DNA of 63,237 nucleotides, filler included, from Stramenopiles sp. TOSAG23-6 (lineage: Eukaryota): the NCBI GenBank assembly GCA_900128565.1. It is 8 parts of 8 records of this genome, joined end to end, with 100 filler letters (N's around TTAATTAATTAA, not from the genome) between each part and the next. Parts side by side here need not be neighbours in the genome. Positions count along the whole stretch, not along the records: positions 1 to 11,680 come from LT636246.1; positions 11,781 to 23,458 come from LT636247.1; 6 more parts are not named here. The stretch is one strand, 5' to 3'. The translations under genes and the position numbers were made by a program. This document shows, piece after piece, positions 1 to 11,863 of the stretch. Below the pieces are notes generated by a model that saw only the letters and a list, made by a program, of their open reading frames with translations, did no database searches and was not told where the DNA came from. Position 1 is the first letter of the stretch. Each line of letters opens with the position of its first letter.

Positions 1-3000
1 TTCATCAAGCATTTCTGTNTCATTGGGAGCAACTTGGGACACAGAAGCAGGTGTTTCAGATTCCGAAACTGTAATTTCTGGAACAGATGTGTTGAGCGAA
101 TTGTTATTACGAAGAAGAAGTATGTTTTGGTGTAATTCCAAATTGAGATTTTCGGGTAACAATTTGTTATGGTTTGGTGTGGACTTGACCCCATGATTGA
201 GAAGCTCCTCAACCAATTTCTTACTGTGGACAATGTAAGCAAAATGCAAGGCAGTATTTCCATCATAAGTCGTTTTTTTAGCATCCGCTCCAGCCTGCAA
301 TAAATACAGAGCGCATGCAATGTGAGAATTGCATACAGCGTGAATTAATGGTGTGTAACCTTGGTTGTCGCATTCATTGATATCGCATCCTGAACGAACA
401 AGTTCCTGAATTGCAACGACATTTCCACTTTGTGCGGCGGCTGAAATAGGTTTTGTATATACTGGAAAAGTCCCAGAGTTATACTTGGATACAAACGAAG
501 ATATTGAAGACAACCTTTTTTGCATTTTATTTTGATCGATATTTGCTTTGTGCATATCGCTGCCATGTGGAGTCGCTCGAACTCTAGTAGAATCACGTGT
601 TTCATTGCCATGGGGCATGTTTGCTTTAACAATAACAATTTTAACATCTTGGCTAGGTTTTACGTTTGGTTTCTTCTTTTGTTTCAGCAAGATAAGACCA
701 TANCCAGTATTTGGCGGTAATCTTGCACCTGTCTTCTTTCCGCCTTGTGGAACAGTCACTCCATTTGCTGATGGGTGTTGAAACAGATGTTGGCATAAAT
801 TCAACTCAGCTTCAACTTCATGCGAAGTTTTATTCTGCCTCGTATGTGACACAAAAGAAGTATCACCACCAACATGCATTTTTTGCATTGAAAGTCGATC
901 GAATGCAGACGGCTCAAAAAGAACAACGCTATTTGAATGTTCTTTTTGAGATGAACTTGTCATTTCTATTTCAGTATTCGTGTTTTGTTTTGGGGTTGCT
1001 TTTTTCATTGCTACTTGTTTAGCTATTTTCTCGTCAATATCAGGAAATTTATCTGGCATAACACCTTCACTATTTTTTGAATTACGNGGATGAGGCTTTT
1101 TTTTCGTTCCAGNCCGGTGCTTCATAGATGTAGATATAACCCCAACTTCAACATTGTCATCAACTGGATGAGGCATTATCACTTCAATTGTGGATTTTCT
1201 TCTCTGTTTTGGAGGCTGGAATAAAATACTTAAACTATCCATGTATTTTTCATCCATTTTGCCCAATACCAATAAAGTACTTTCCCACATTTCACTTTCT
1301 CTTTGTTTGATTTCTTGCATTCTCCTCTTTGCTTTTAGGAACGACCGACTACTGTTTTGATCGAGTAAATGATCATTCATTATTTTTTCTAATTGCTCTA
1401 TCAATTCTTGTGTAGCATACGCATCAGTATCAATATGATTCTTCATTGCTTTAAACGCTGAAATTATTTTATTCAATTCTTGTTCGACATTATCAATCAC
1501 ATTAGTAGTCTGAGTAGATTGTGTAGAAGTAGTATCNGAAGAAGTAGATACTACGCCAACCGGTCGCTTTAGTAATGTTTTTGTGCCGATACTAAGAATT
1601 TCCATATTCCATGCAGCGATATCGTTTAAAACTTGTANTTGTGACCCAATAACTTCATCGTTANCATCATCCGACAAATCTCGACCGACCAGCCTCTCTA
1701 ATTTTCCAGGAATTTGCATTGAAGCGTTGATGACACAGTTATTTGCATTGACGCTTTCACATGCATCATTAATAGATTTCACAAGGTCACTGATATCGTT
1801 AACGCATAACTCAGTATCTTCGCCACACTCAAACAATATAACGTCATCGGGGCTTTTACCTTGAGATCCTTCCACAAAATTAGCACAAGCAGTATGTATA
1901 GCATCAATTATATTCTGTGCTGACGAAAGTTTCACATTTGCTGATGATATCCAAATGTCAATCAATCGATGGCGAAGTTCTTCCACCTCTGATATTGTCT
2001 CAATAGGCTCACCATTTTCGTCATCTTTGACGGGGACATAACCACTGATTCGAACATTGTACGATCCACCATCAGTTCCCTGATTTTGGATAGCCATTTG
2101 CATACACGATTTTCGATATTCATTTATGGATTCTGCTGAAGTTTTTGCACTCGACATGATAATACTTATTGGAACTCCGTGTGATTTCATGCTTGCCTCC
2201 GCTTCTCGTTTAGCTGATTCGGCCGCCTCGGCAACTGCGGTAACTAGTTCAGCTTTTGCACTTTCAAGAGATTTGTTCAAATTAATTATATCAGTTCGCA
2301 AATCTTCACATATAGCTTCCACAGCTGCAACTTTTTTTGCGGCATCATTTTCTGCTTGTAACTTTGCCGCCGCAATTTCTTTCTCTGCTTCAATTGCACG
2401 TTCTTCGGCTTTTGCTGCCCGGCCTTGTTCAAATTCAACTAATTTTGTGAGTTTTGTGATTTCATTTTCACTTCGGTCAAGTTTTGCCTGTGTTTCCCGA
2501 AGGTTTGCTTCAACTTCTGCTTTCCCAGAACCTGCGCTTCGAGCTTTCTCCTTCAAAGCTGATATTTCAGAATCAAATTTTAAAGCCTTTTCCTCTAGCT
2601 CATTGTATTTTTCTTGTGTATCGGAAAGTTGTTTTTTAAGTTCCATTATATTTTGCTTATCTGATGCAGCTGCTGCTCCACTGTTTTGAGCTTTTTTGAT
2701 CTCATTCTCCAAATCTTCCCGTAATTTTTGGACTGTTTCATTTAATGAAATTACAACAACATCTTTCTTTTCAAGTTCCAAAGTAAACTCTTGTTCAATA
2801 AGCTTACGTTGAGTCGCAATCTTTTCCTTGAGACCTGAATTTTTCCCCATATCTGCAATATTTTTCTTTAGGCTTAAAATTAATTCCTTTGAACTCTTTG
2901 CTTCTAGCTGTGATTCTTTCAACGCAAGCTCAGTTTTCTGTAGCGTTTCTTGGCATTCTCTTAGCTCCACCTTTGCCAGATGACTTTCCCTCTCAATATC

Positions 3001-4701
3001 GCGTTGTTCTTGTACCATAGATCTCATATTCCCCGAGTACTTAGCATTTTCCATACTTGCTTTATCGAAAGCTTTTTGAACAACGCGCAATGCGTCTTCG
3101 GCAACTTGAACCTTTTCTGCTGAATCCGCTTTGATCGTCTTGTTTAGAGCTTTAAGTTCATCTACTCTTACTTCCATTGTACCATAGTCATCAGCCATAC
3201 GCTCAAAGTCATTAATTTGTTCCTGTGCACTCTCTATCTCCCGCTTTAACTGGCGTTCACGTGCTACCATACCAACGGCATCAATTGCTCTAAGGGGTTC
3301 TAATTCTGACGCCAAGCGAGCATTTTTGAAGTGTAATAATGCAACTTTGCCTTTCAAATGTCGATTCTGTTGATACAACTCCTTATTTTTAATCATTAGA
3401 TTCTTTTCTTTTCCGACAGAAGTTTCTATTTGTCTACTTGTTACTATTTTATTTGATTTCATTAAAACCATAGATGTCATTGCATTTGAATTGCCATTAA
3501 CCTCTTTCAGAGCATCTCTGACGTCTTCAAACTGTGTCTCCAAGTCTTTAACTTCTTCACGCAGCATGATTATAAGTTCCTCCAAACTCCTATTTTTCTT
3601 TACGAGTTTGTTTCTTTGGATACCCCACTGTTCTTGAGTTTCGAGATTTATTTCATCACTTTTATCGATGGTAGCTGCCCTGAGAAGTTTTGTTTTAATT
3701 TCGCTGAGTTCCTTTTGCAATTGTTTTTCATTTTCTTGTAACTTTTCTTTTCGTTTACTAAGGACATCAACATTTTTTTCCATTTTCTGATTATCCACTT
3801 CGATACTTTGGGGTTCGAGATTNAATGATGCACCTGGAGAGTGTTTTAAAACAAATGGTGGTACATTCAGCCCTCCACGAATCGTNCCAATATCATGCCC
3901 TGTGTTAGATAAAAACTGATGAAATTGATGTTCTAGTAAACGTTTTTCGGCTCTTGCTATATTTGCCTTTGTTCGCTCAAATTCAAGTAATCTAGAAACT
4001 GGGGATGCTGCAGCGAAAGATAATTTATCGTTATTTATATCAGCATATGTGGTGCTCGCAATTTTACGAATCTTTTGGAACTCTCTCACNTCATTCATTT
4101 CAGATTGAATCGTAGTAAATTGGTCAAATATATTTTGTCTATTTCGAACAAGCTCATCCCGCATCATGGTGATTTCTTCTGTTTCGTCTTTGACTTCGTC
4201 AAATGACTCCTTTAAAGCACTTACGACTTGTTCATGTGAATTTTTCGCAGCTATCGCAGCAGCTTTCAGTTCTTCCACTTTTTGAAATAGAACTTCGTTT
4301 TCATCCAAAAGTGTATCAATTGAGCTTCTCGTTTCCTTGTTTTTTTTCTCTTGCGAGGACGTTAGAGTAGATGTATCCAAGCTTGTACCAACACTAAGCG
4401 AATTACAATCTGAAGTACTTATCAATACATCGCGTAACCTTCGATTCTCAGCTCTAAGGGTACTTGAAGTCATAACTTCATTCGTTGCTAGTTGAGCAAG
4501 ACGCCTCCTTCTCGCGTCATATTCTCCATCATCTGCTCCGTCGATAGATCCTCGAATTACATCTACTTTCAATTTTTCTACCTCCTCAGAAAGATTTATA
4601 TTATCATGCACTAAAGACATGAATGCATGAACCCCAAGGGAGCTGTTTATCGAATTTTCATTACTTGTTTCCATTTGTGATACATTAGGTGGTTCTGTAT
4701 C

Positions 4702-4734
<33 letters not shown>

Positions 4735-6705
4735 TTCATCTTTATTCTCAACTTCTTCCAAATTTGATATAGTTGATGCAATAGCTTCTTCATTGGATTT
4801 ATTTACTCGTTTACAGTCAAGCTTCATTTGATTTTCGATGCTGGTCATCATTTTTTCTATCTTTACATCTAAAAATTCTCGTCTAATTTGATCATCTTGA
4901 TCTTTATATTTCTCTAATGACAATTTTGCCGTGTTCAATTGAATTTGTAAATCGTCTATTTCTGCTTGCAGTTTGAGTTTTATATCAGTTGATTCAATAA
5001 TTTCATTCTCATTTACTTCAATTTCCTCTTTTGACAATGAATCAAACTCTTGAGGTTTTACAAGTATACCTTGATCATCACTAACCATATTACTATCATC
5101 TACATTACTTTCTTCTCCTCGGTCTTTTGTATCTTTTTTCATTTGGAAATTCTCTGCGGTTTCTTGGCGTTTTCGAGTCTTATCTTCTGTACGTTGCCGC
5201 ATTTTCCCATTTCGCTTTCTTTTTGCTTCCCCTACTTTTTGGGTTTGGACCTTTCCTTCCTTCAAATTTGTCTTCAGTTTAGCTTTTGCACGACTTTTTC
5301 TTTCAAGATCCATTTCTTTCTCCATTTCACGTTGGTTCAATTCAGAAGCATCATCATAATCAGAATTTGACGACCAAATTCCACCTGTTTCTCCAGTATC
5401 TTCATCACTTTGAACGTCTTTTTTTTCTTTCTTTACTGTCTTCTTTCTATGACTTTTAGGCCGTGATTTAATTGCATTTCGAGTACGCTTATGTTTCCCA
5501 GGAATACCTAATTTTGTGTGTTCTTCTTCAGTGTACATTTCTTCTTTTAAACTTTCTTTAAGTTTTGTCAATGTTGTATCTTGTTCTGCTATTCTGATTT
5601 GCAATGCCTCGGCTTCAGCTGTTTTTTTCTCTAATGTTTTTGTCACAATGGCGAGTTTGTCTGCCGTAGGAAGAAGCCCACCAATTTTATTTTCAAGTTT
5701 ATGAATTTGGTTATTTGCATCTTCAAGATCCTTCTCAAGTTCTTTTGATTCAAGTAAATTATTTCGCAATTCATCATTCTCCCATTTCGCGAAGGATCCG
5801 ACATCGTTTATCGTACTGGAGCCTTCAATAACTTTGTTCAATTCTTCGCTTATATACACTTCTAAATTTTTATTTTTCATTTCTAAATTACGCACAAGTT
5901 TTGCTGATTTGGTTTCCTTTAACTCCATTTCTAGTTTTAGTGCTTTTACTTCTTTTGAATTATCATTTGTGACAGTGTTAGTTGTCGGAAACCCGGTAGC
6001 ATTATTTGCTATGCCAGTCTCCAAAATTGTATTTTTCTGCTTCATTTCTCTAGCTTTAGTCCGCGCGTTTTTCAGTTTCTTTTCCAGANTATTACACTTT
6101 TCTCTAGATGATGCTAGACTTGCTTTCATTGTTTCTATTTGTATCTTTATTTTGTTGTAGTCTTCATCTTGGTCCTCATCACCGCTACCTTGTTTTTTTG
6201 ATATGGCAAATTTCTGTAGTATATCATTTTGCTCTAGGATACTCTTATTTTCATCTTTAAGTGCTAAAAGCTGATCATTCAGCTTACTAATTTCCATATG
6301 CAAATCATCAGTATCTGATCTTTTTAAGAGAACATCAGGTTGTACATGTTTTGAGGAGGCTTTAGCAGCAGTCTGAGGCCTTCTTTTGATGTATTCCTGA
6401 CCAGCCTTTGTGGTTTTAACATATGCCAGAACTCTCTCTATCTCTCTCTTTGATGGAATATCACTTTTTAGGCTCTTCTGTTTTTTTGACGCAGTTGGTG
6501 TCACTGGTGAAGACATCTTTTCTTCATATGAATGCAACTTATCACGAGAATCCCACGACGTTGCGTCTTCTGTGAGCTTGCTCCCTGATGGGGCATGATT
6601 CTGGATAAAGTTGTCTAGAGACTCTCTCTCACGAAGTGTCGCAGCTGTCAGCTTTGAGAAGAGCTCATCTGGATCTATTTCATCGTCGGAGTCGTATTCG
6701 CTCAT
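1..6705 (-). CDS. Large coiled-coil protein with C-terminal ankyrin repeats (3' end cut by contig edge), copy 1
   Basis: Same ORF as 35322-42008; E/K-rich heptads; ankyrin motifs GYTPLIHAV and GNTALHFA. Confidence 0.85.
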
Positions 6706-6934
6706 TCTAGAACGTTTTAACTGGAAATTGTAATCTTTGGTTGATACTTGATTGGTTAAGACTTAGTCACTTTTTCCATCGGATCAAATCTGTAACGTCT
6801 GCTGTCGAAGTCAAAATCTCCGATTTTTGAGACCTGTGTCCGCAGCTGCGGGTCACTCAATCTCTGGCGTGGTACCATCCAGTGGTTCTTGTGTGGTAGT
6901 ATCATTGGTTTTTAAGATCTTAAAAAGTACTCAG

Positions 6935-7342
6935 ATGTACGGCATCGAGATGATGCCACACGAAGCAAGCCTCGACATTTCAGATAAAGCAAACAACAAT
7001 CTACACCTGGAACAAAGAAATGACAAGGAGAATCAAAGTAGTGAAAACAAACTCAATAACCAATTTAGGCAACCTCCAGATTACAAGAAGTTTTTTTTGG
7101 AAGGTTTGAAAGTTTTTCAAGAGGAAAGAAAACAAATCTTATTGATGATAAAAAAACTTAGAAAATTGGGGTTTACATCTCGGGATAGTCAACGTGCTNT
7201 CAGAGTATCAGGTGGTAACTATGCACGAGCCAAGGAATTGTTACTGGCAAGACTTCGACTAAATGGAAGTTGTTCAACCCCACCGTTACCACGGCGAAAA
7301 CCATTAAGCAGTGCAGCAATNGAACGAANTCCATTNGGCTAA
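6935..7342 (+). CDS. Small protein with UBA-like domain, copy 1
   Basis: ATG at 6935; KLRKLGFTSRDSQRAxRVSGGNYARAKELLL fits the UBA pattern; 3' end N-rich and uncertain. Confidence 0.6.
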   Translation: MYGIEMMPHEASLDISDKANNNLHLEQRNDKENQSSENKLNNQFRQPPDYKKFFLEGLKVFQEERKQILLMIKKLRKLGFTSRDSQRAXRVSGGNYARAKELLLARLRLNGSCSTPPLPRRKPLSSAAXERXPXG

Positions 7343-7489
7343 GCAGCACTAACCCAACAACGCGGACANANAANGTATCAAGCANAGTGTTATAGTAAAA
7401 TTCGTTTATTATAAATCAACAGTTGAATGAAAAAAGTATACACAAGAGTAAACAAAAAAAGAAATGATACTACCCTGTAATAAATGCTG

Positions 7490-8854
7490 TTATAAAGCAC
7501 TTCTATTTGTCTTTGTACACTTTTTGTTGTTTTCAGGCACTCCACCACATGCCACAAATGCTCTCAAAAGAGCTTCACAAAAGTATTGTATTTCCTCTTC
7601 AGTGTTGTAGATGTGTACACAAACTCTAATAGCTTTCATGCGGAAGCTTACACTAATTCCTTCTTTTTCTTTGAGCCAAGATACTATATTTGATAAATTA
7701 GGAAATTGAGTNCGAAGATTTCTTTCGCTTAATGGTACCCGAAGCCCAACGATATGTGGTGCGTGCCATGTAGGAACTCTAAAACCAAGAGAACGAGCAT
7801 ACGCTGCCAGTTTTGCAGTTTTTGGTTGGCAATAACGGGCAATGCAATCACTGGAAGGCTCTTGCAGGGAAGTTACCACACGCAGCGCAGCGTGTAACAT
7901 AGGAACCCCGATAGGATTTGGTCTCCCACCTGTATCAAATTTTCTTGCACCAACCATATATTCTTCAGTGTATCCAAGATTACCTCCCAGCATCATACCA
8001 CCCTCAGTAAAGAACGAGTCCTTCTGTTTAGCTGTAAGTCCTGTTGGTGGCTTTCTATTTCTGTCATGAAAGCTGTCAGGTTCAAATAAAGGTATCCACT
8101 TTGGTGCTATATACAGTAAACAAAATCCGTATGGTCCTAATAACCATTTATGAGTGCTGCATGCTATGATATCTGCACTAACATACGAATTATTGAATGG
8201 TATAACTCCTATAGACTGAGTCAGGTCGAGAATAAGCGTTATCTTGGGAAATTTTCGGCAACGTAAAGCAATTTTTCCAATATCGAGCATACTACCATCC
8301 GACCAATGACATTGTGGTAAAGCAACAATCTTCACATTATAATTACTTATAGTTGAAAGTACTGCAGATGTCCAATCAAAATCACGTGGACGAGGAACGA
8401 CAACCAACGAGCTACCTGGACATCTTTTCACAAGCGCTTGCCAAGGCATAACGTTACTATGGTTCTGGCTCTCAAGTACCAAGATACTTTCTGTTGGGTT
8501 GAGATGAAGATTGCGAGAGACATTGCTTAATGCTGCTGAGGTAGATCCAGTGAGAGAAATAGTATTGCTATGGACTCCAAGTAGAGTAGAGTACATATCT
8601 TTAACCTTTGCTACAAGTTCCGTCGATTCTGGAATAGTCCAGGGTAAAGTTTTCTCAGCCACAGCACGTTGACCTTCTTCTCGAACACATTTAAGGTTCG
8701 GCGACCTTGAAGCACCATTGAGATATACAGGCCTGTCAGGCAATTCAAACAGATGTCGCATGCAGGGGAATGCACAGCCTAAATTGTTGAAATTTGTTGA
8801 AACAGTGCTCTTGTTCACCATCGAAACGAGTGATCTGAAGTCAGAATTGGTCAC
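7490..8854 (-). CDS. PLP-dependent class-V aminotransferase (cysteine desulfurase/lyase-like), copy 1
   Basis: YLNGASRSP, ESQNHSN, DLTQSIG, STHKWLLGPYG (PLP lysine), IRVCVHIYNTEEEI; true start probably a downstream ATG. Confidence 0.9.
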   Translation of the reverse strand: MTNSDFRSLVSMVNKSTVSTNFNNLGCAFPCMRHLFELPDRPVYLNGASRSPNLKCVREEGQRAVAEKTLPWTIPESTELVAKVKDMYSTLLGVHSNTISLTGSTSAALSNVSRNLHLNPTESILVLESQNHSNVMPWQALVKRCPGSSLVVVPRPRDFDWTSAVLSTISNYNVKIVALPQCHWSDGSMLDIGKIALRCRKFPKITLILDLTQSIGVIPFNNSYVSADIIACSTHKWLLGPYGFCLLYIAPKWIPLFEPDSFHDRNRKPPTGLTAKQKDSFFTEGGMMLGGNLGYTEEYMVGARKFDTGGRPNPIGVPMLHAALRVVTSLQEPSSDCIARYCQPKTAKLAAYARSLGFRVPTWHAPHIVGLRVPLSERNLXTQFPNLSNIVSWLKEKEGISVSFRMKAIRVCVHIYNTEEEIQYFCEALLRAFVACGGVPENNKKCTKTNRSAL

Positions 8855-9016
8855 AACAGTGAAACACCGTTTTGAATTTGCTACTATTTTTTTAAAATTT
8901 ATTTTTCAAGTTTATACCATACGTAGGCCAGGCCAGGGTTCCTTTCATATTCCAAAATAAAGTGCTGGTATAATTTATGACACAGTATGGCGTAATTAAA
9001 CTTATTATTGTTTTAT

Positions 9017-9967
9017 TTATTTAGATCTGTTGGAGAACATGTTGACAATTTTAAAGCAATCCTCTATTTCAGTTGAAATCCCTCTAGAAGCAAATAAGCG
9101 ACGATATCGTCCAAATTCCCTGTTCAATCTAACACTTTTCGCACCAGCCTCAAGTAGCATCTCTGTGACTCTCTTATGCCCAGAAAGTACAGCTACACTT
9201 ACTAGATTAAATCTTGATCCACCCGTTACTTCCGGATCCAAAATTTCGATAAGCTCGGAATCATACAAATTCACATTCACCCCTGCCTGAAGAATTTCTT
9301 TTACGAGATCTACTCGTTCTTCAACTTCTGCGGTAAACAACGTTCCATATTCAGCATTATACGGATGAATTGTGTCGCCTTTCATTATCGCAACTTCAAG
9401 CAGATCATATAAATCTCTTGGACCTAAATCTTTAAAGCCAACACCGTAATAGTTAAGTACCTGTTGATAAGTAACTAAGTTCGAATATTCGCGACTGGAA
9501 TCAAAGAATCCTGCGTAAATCTGTGAAGGTCTTTGATATTTCTGATCATAGTATAACTTTGGCAGCCTTTGATTATTGGGGATGACAGCCTTAAGATCGT
9601 TTAGCATAGTATTATAGACTCCGAAAGTAACATCATCAACGTTAGCAGTAAGTCCCGAGTATTTTCGAGATAGGTCTTCTTGTTCAAGGATTGAACGTAC
9701 GTGTTCATGGGAAATATGATAAAGGTCGTGGAATGTGGCATACCATTCAGGGTCATGCTTCGTTAGAGGGGATGGAGATTCATCATCTTCACGAAAGCCA
9801 AAAGACGAACCTGAATCCAAGAAAATTTCTTCTTCATCGAAAGACCTGGGACTATCTTCAGTAGTAGCGGCATGGTCACCGGAAAGACCATTAATAGCAC
9901 TTCCTACTTGTGTTCGCATCCCTATCGATGGTTGCACAAGAAAAAGACATAAGAGAGTACAAAACAT
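9017..9967 (-). CDS. Putative secreted protein with C-terminal ankyrin-like repeats, copy 1
   Basis: Hydrophobic N-terminus; VKEILQAGVNVN and VAVLSGHKRVTEMLLEAGA. Confidence 0.7.
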   Translation of the reverse strand: MFCTLLCLFLVQPSIGMRTQVGSAINGLSGDHAATTEDSPRSFDEEEIFLDSGSSFGFREDDESPSPLTKHDPEWYATFHDLYHISHEHVRSILEQEDLSRKYSGLTANVDDVTFGVYNTMLNDLKAVIPNNQRLPKLYYDQKYQRPSQIYAGFFDSSREYSNLVTYQQVLNYYGVGFKDLGPRDLYDLLEVAIMKGDTIHPYNAEYGTLFTAEVEERVDLVKEILQAGVNVNLYDSELIEILDPEVTGGSRFNLVSVAVLSGHKRVTEMLLEAGAKSVRLNREFGRYRRLFASRGISTEIEDCFKIVNMFSNRSK

Positions 9968-10098
9968 TATTTTCTTTTGGGTAAATTATATAAGGTTAAG
10001 TTCTAGTTAAGATGTGACTAAAATATAGGGTACCTGAAGTAGTCAGTCGTAGGCAGAGTCGAGTTTCATGCAAGCGCGCAAGGGTAGTATTAGATTTA

Positions 10099-10653
10099 GG
10101 TTCAGTCCACGCAGCTTTTTTTGACGACACGACGAGCGACACGACACGGTTTTTAACCCTAACCCTCGTGTCGAATAGCTTAAGTAGCGACCTGTTTGTA
10201 CCAAAATAATCGTGTCGTGTCGTCGTGTTTTTCAAAAAAGATTCTACAAAAACACATCGACACGACACGATTACATCGACACGACATGATTACTCAGCGC
10301 AAGTAAAACACGAAAGTGCAACGTTTTCACTCATAAAATGCATTCTAGGAAGTTTTCGATGCTGAATCTTTTTTTATAGGCTGCGTACACGATGTACACA
10401 ACTATTCTCTAATATAACCATTTGTTTATTTTCACTATAATGCATTGTAAAATAAGAACTTTTATTTTTTCTCAGGTACACAGACCACAAATTGCTATTA
10501 AATTTTTCCTTATTTCGTGTGTCATGTCGAGTCGTGTTGTGTATTTTTTTTTTTGTTCTGCATGGACACTTTTTTTTTTCTGAAAAGCATGATCTATAAT
10601 TTTCGTGTCGTGTCGCTTGTCGTGTCGCCAAAAAAAGCTGCGTGGACTGGACC
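10099..10653. mobile_element. PIF/Harbinger (Tourist-like) MITE, copy 1
   Basis: ~50-bp imperfect TIRs GGTYCAGTCCACGCAGCTTTTTTTGRCGACACGAC; TTA on both flanks (10096-10098, 10654-10656); internal CGACA/TGTCG pentamer repeats; no transposase. Confidence 0.9.
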
Positions 10654-10734
10654 TTAGATTAGTAGCAGCACGTGCAGATCTGCAGCAGTCTTTGACTTGA
10701 CTTTGAGTTCAACTTATTTATGCGCTGGTCAAAA

Positions 10735-10752
10735 TTAGGGTTAGGGTTAGGG
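10735..10752 (+). repeat. Interstitial telomere-like (TTAGGG)3
   Basis: ttagggttagggttaggg upstream of the ORF at 10866. Confidence 0.7.
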
Positions 10753-10865
10753 ATTCATGAGTCAGTCATGTGACATTTCAATCATGGCCAAGTCGAATAA
10801 AAAATAAAATCTAAAATTAAATCTCTCGATTCAACGAAGTAAAACAAGGCATTCCTTCTTATAAA

Positions 10866-11574
10866 ATGGCAAGAACATTGTTATTTTACACTTTTATTTT
10901 CTTAATTTATGATCTAGTAGTAGCTAAATTGCCATGTTTCAAGTATAGTGGAAAGAAGTTGGAGTGTTTTGTTTCTGGTTGTGAATATTATGGCAGCTTT
11001 TTATTAGGAAGTGTTGAGTTTCCAAAGAACGACTGTCATTTATCTATCACAAAGTATATCGAGGTACTTGATTCATATCGTGATTTTCTAGGTGTTGATT
11101 TCTTACCTCTGAATAAAAGTGACCCTTCCAGCCATCATGTGCAAATGAAATTAAAAGTTCCTGAACGACTATTTAGGGAACCCCAAAGTCACAATGTCAT
11201 AAAACTACTACCAACAGAGAATTGGACTAGACTCCAAAGAAATAATTATCTAAAAGAGTTATATTACAGAATGAAATCAATGCATATTACACCTCATTTT
11301 ATCGATCAAGTAGAAATACCATTTGAAAAAATCGATAAAAGGTGGATTTCACTATTTATTCAGAACAATCTAGAATTTTTTGAAAGTCAATTCGGCAAAA
11401 ACTTTATTGTAGAAGATCATCTTACACCACTACGATTTCAACAATTATTAGAGAAGAGCAAATCATCAATTTTTGCGTCGTTAAGGATTGAAATCTTAAG
11501 TAATATAGGATCAAGTTTTTTCTGCAGTATTTTAACACTGCAATATTTGTTACTTAAAACTAGAGAATATGTAT
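10866..11574 (+). CDS. Putative secreted protein, first exon (rest lost at contig end), copy 1
   Basis: Signal-peptide-like N-terminus; ORF runs into a family intron. Confidence 0.7.
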
Positions 11575-11680
11575 GTATGTTTTATATGAATTTCTAATTT
11601 AATTTTTTCTGAAATGTTTTTTTCGTACGAAATTTCGTACCTAACAATTTTTTTAGATTTTTTTTTGAAATATTTTTTCA
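11575..11680 (+). other. Introner-like intron, truncated by contig end
   Basis: GTATGTTTT donor (alternative GTATGT at 11571); TTTCGTACGAAATTTCGTACCTAAC core. Confidence 0.8.
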
Positions 11681-11780
11681 NNNNNNNNNNNNNNNNNNNN
11701 NNNNNNNNNNNNNNNNNNNNNNNNTTAATTAATTAANNNNNNNNNNNNNNNNNNNNNNNNNNNNNNNNNNNNNNNNNNNN
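11681..11780. other. Artificial contig linker (same at 23459-23558, 35222-35321, 46984-47083, 58739-58838, 60239-60338, 61739-61838)
   Basis: N44-TTAATTAATTAA-N44, stops in all six frames. Confidence 0.98.
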
Positions 11781-11863
11781 ATATTTCAAAAAAAAAAAAA
11801 AAATTGTTAGGTACAAAATTTCGTACGAAAAAAAAACAAATTTGAAAAAAAATTAAAACATAC
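11781..11863 (-). other. Introner-like intron, truncated by contig end
   Basis: AT|GTATGTTTT donor and conserved core on minus strand. Confidence 0.8.

Larger units (their letters stand above)
1..11680. repeat. Contig duplicated at 35322-46983 (copy 1)
   Basis: Near-identical sequence including N positions; differs by an 18-bp (ATCATT)n indel near 4700-4730 and a few substitutions. Confidence 0.97.

Noticed and set aside
7490-8854. Recent horizontal transfer of the intronless aminotransferase
   Set aside because: Composition matches neighbours and many genes here lack introns; cannot be claimed without a phylogeny
9996-10631. ORFs with TTRHD repeats
   Set aside because: Translations of the MITE's pentamer repeats
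11681-11780. Recurrent TTAATTAATTAA palindrome in N runs
   Set aside because: Artificial six-frame-stop linker; adjacency across it has no biological meaning
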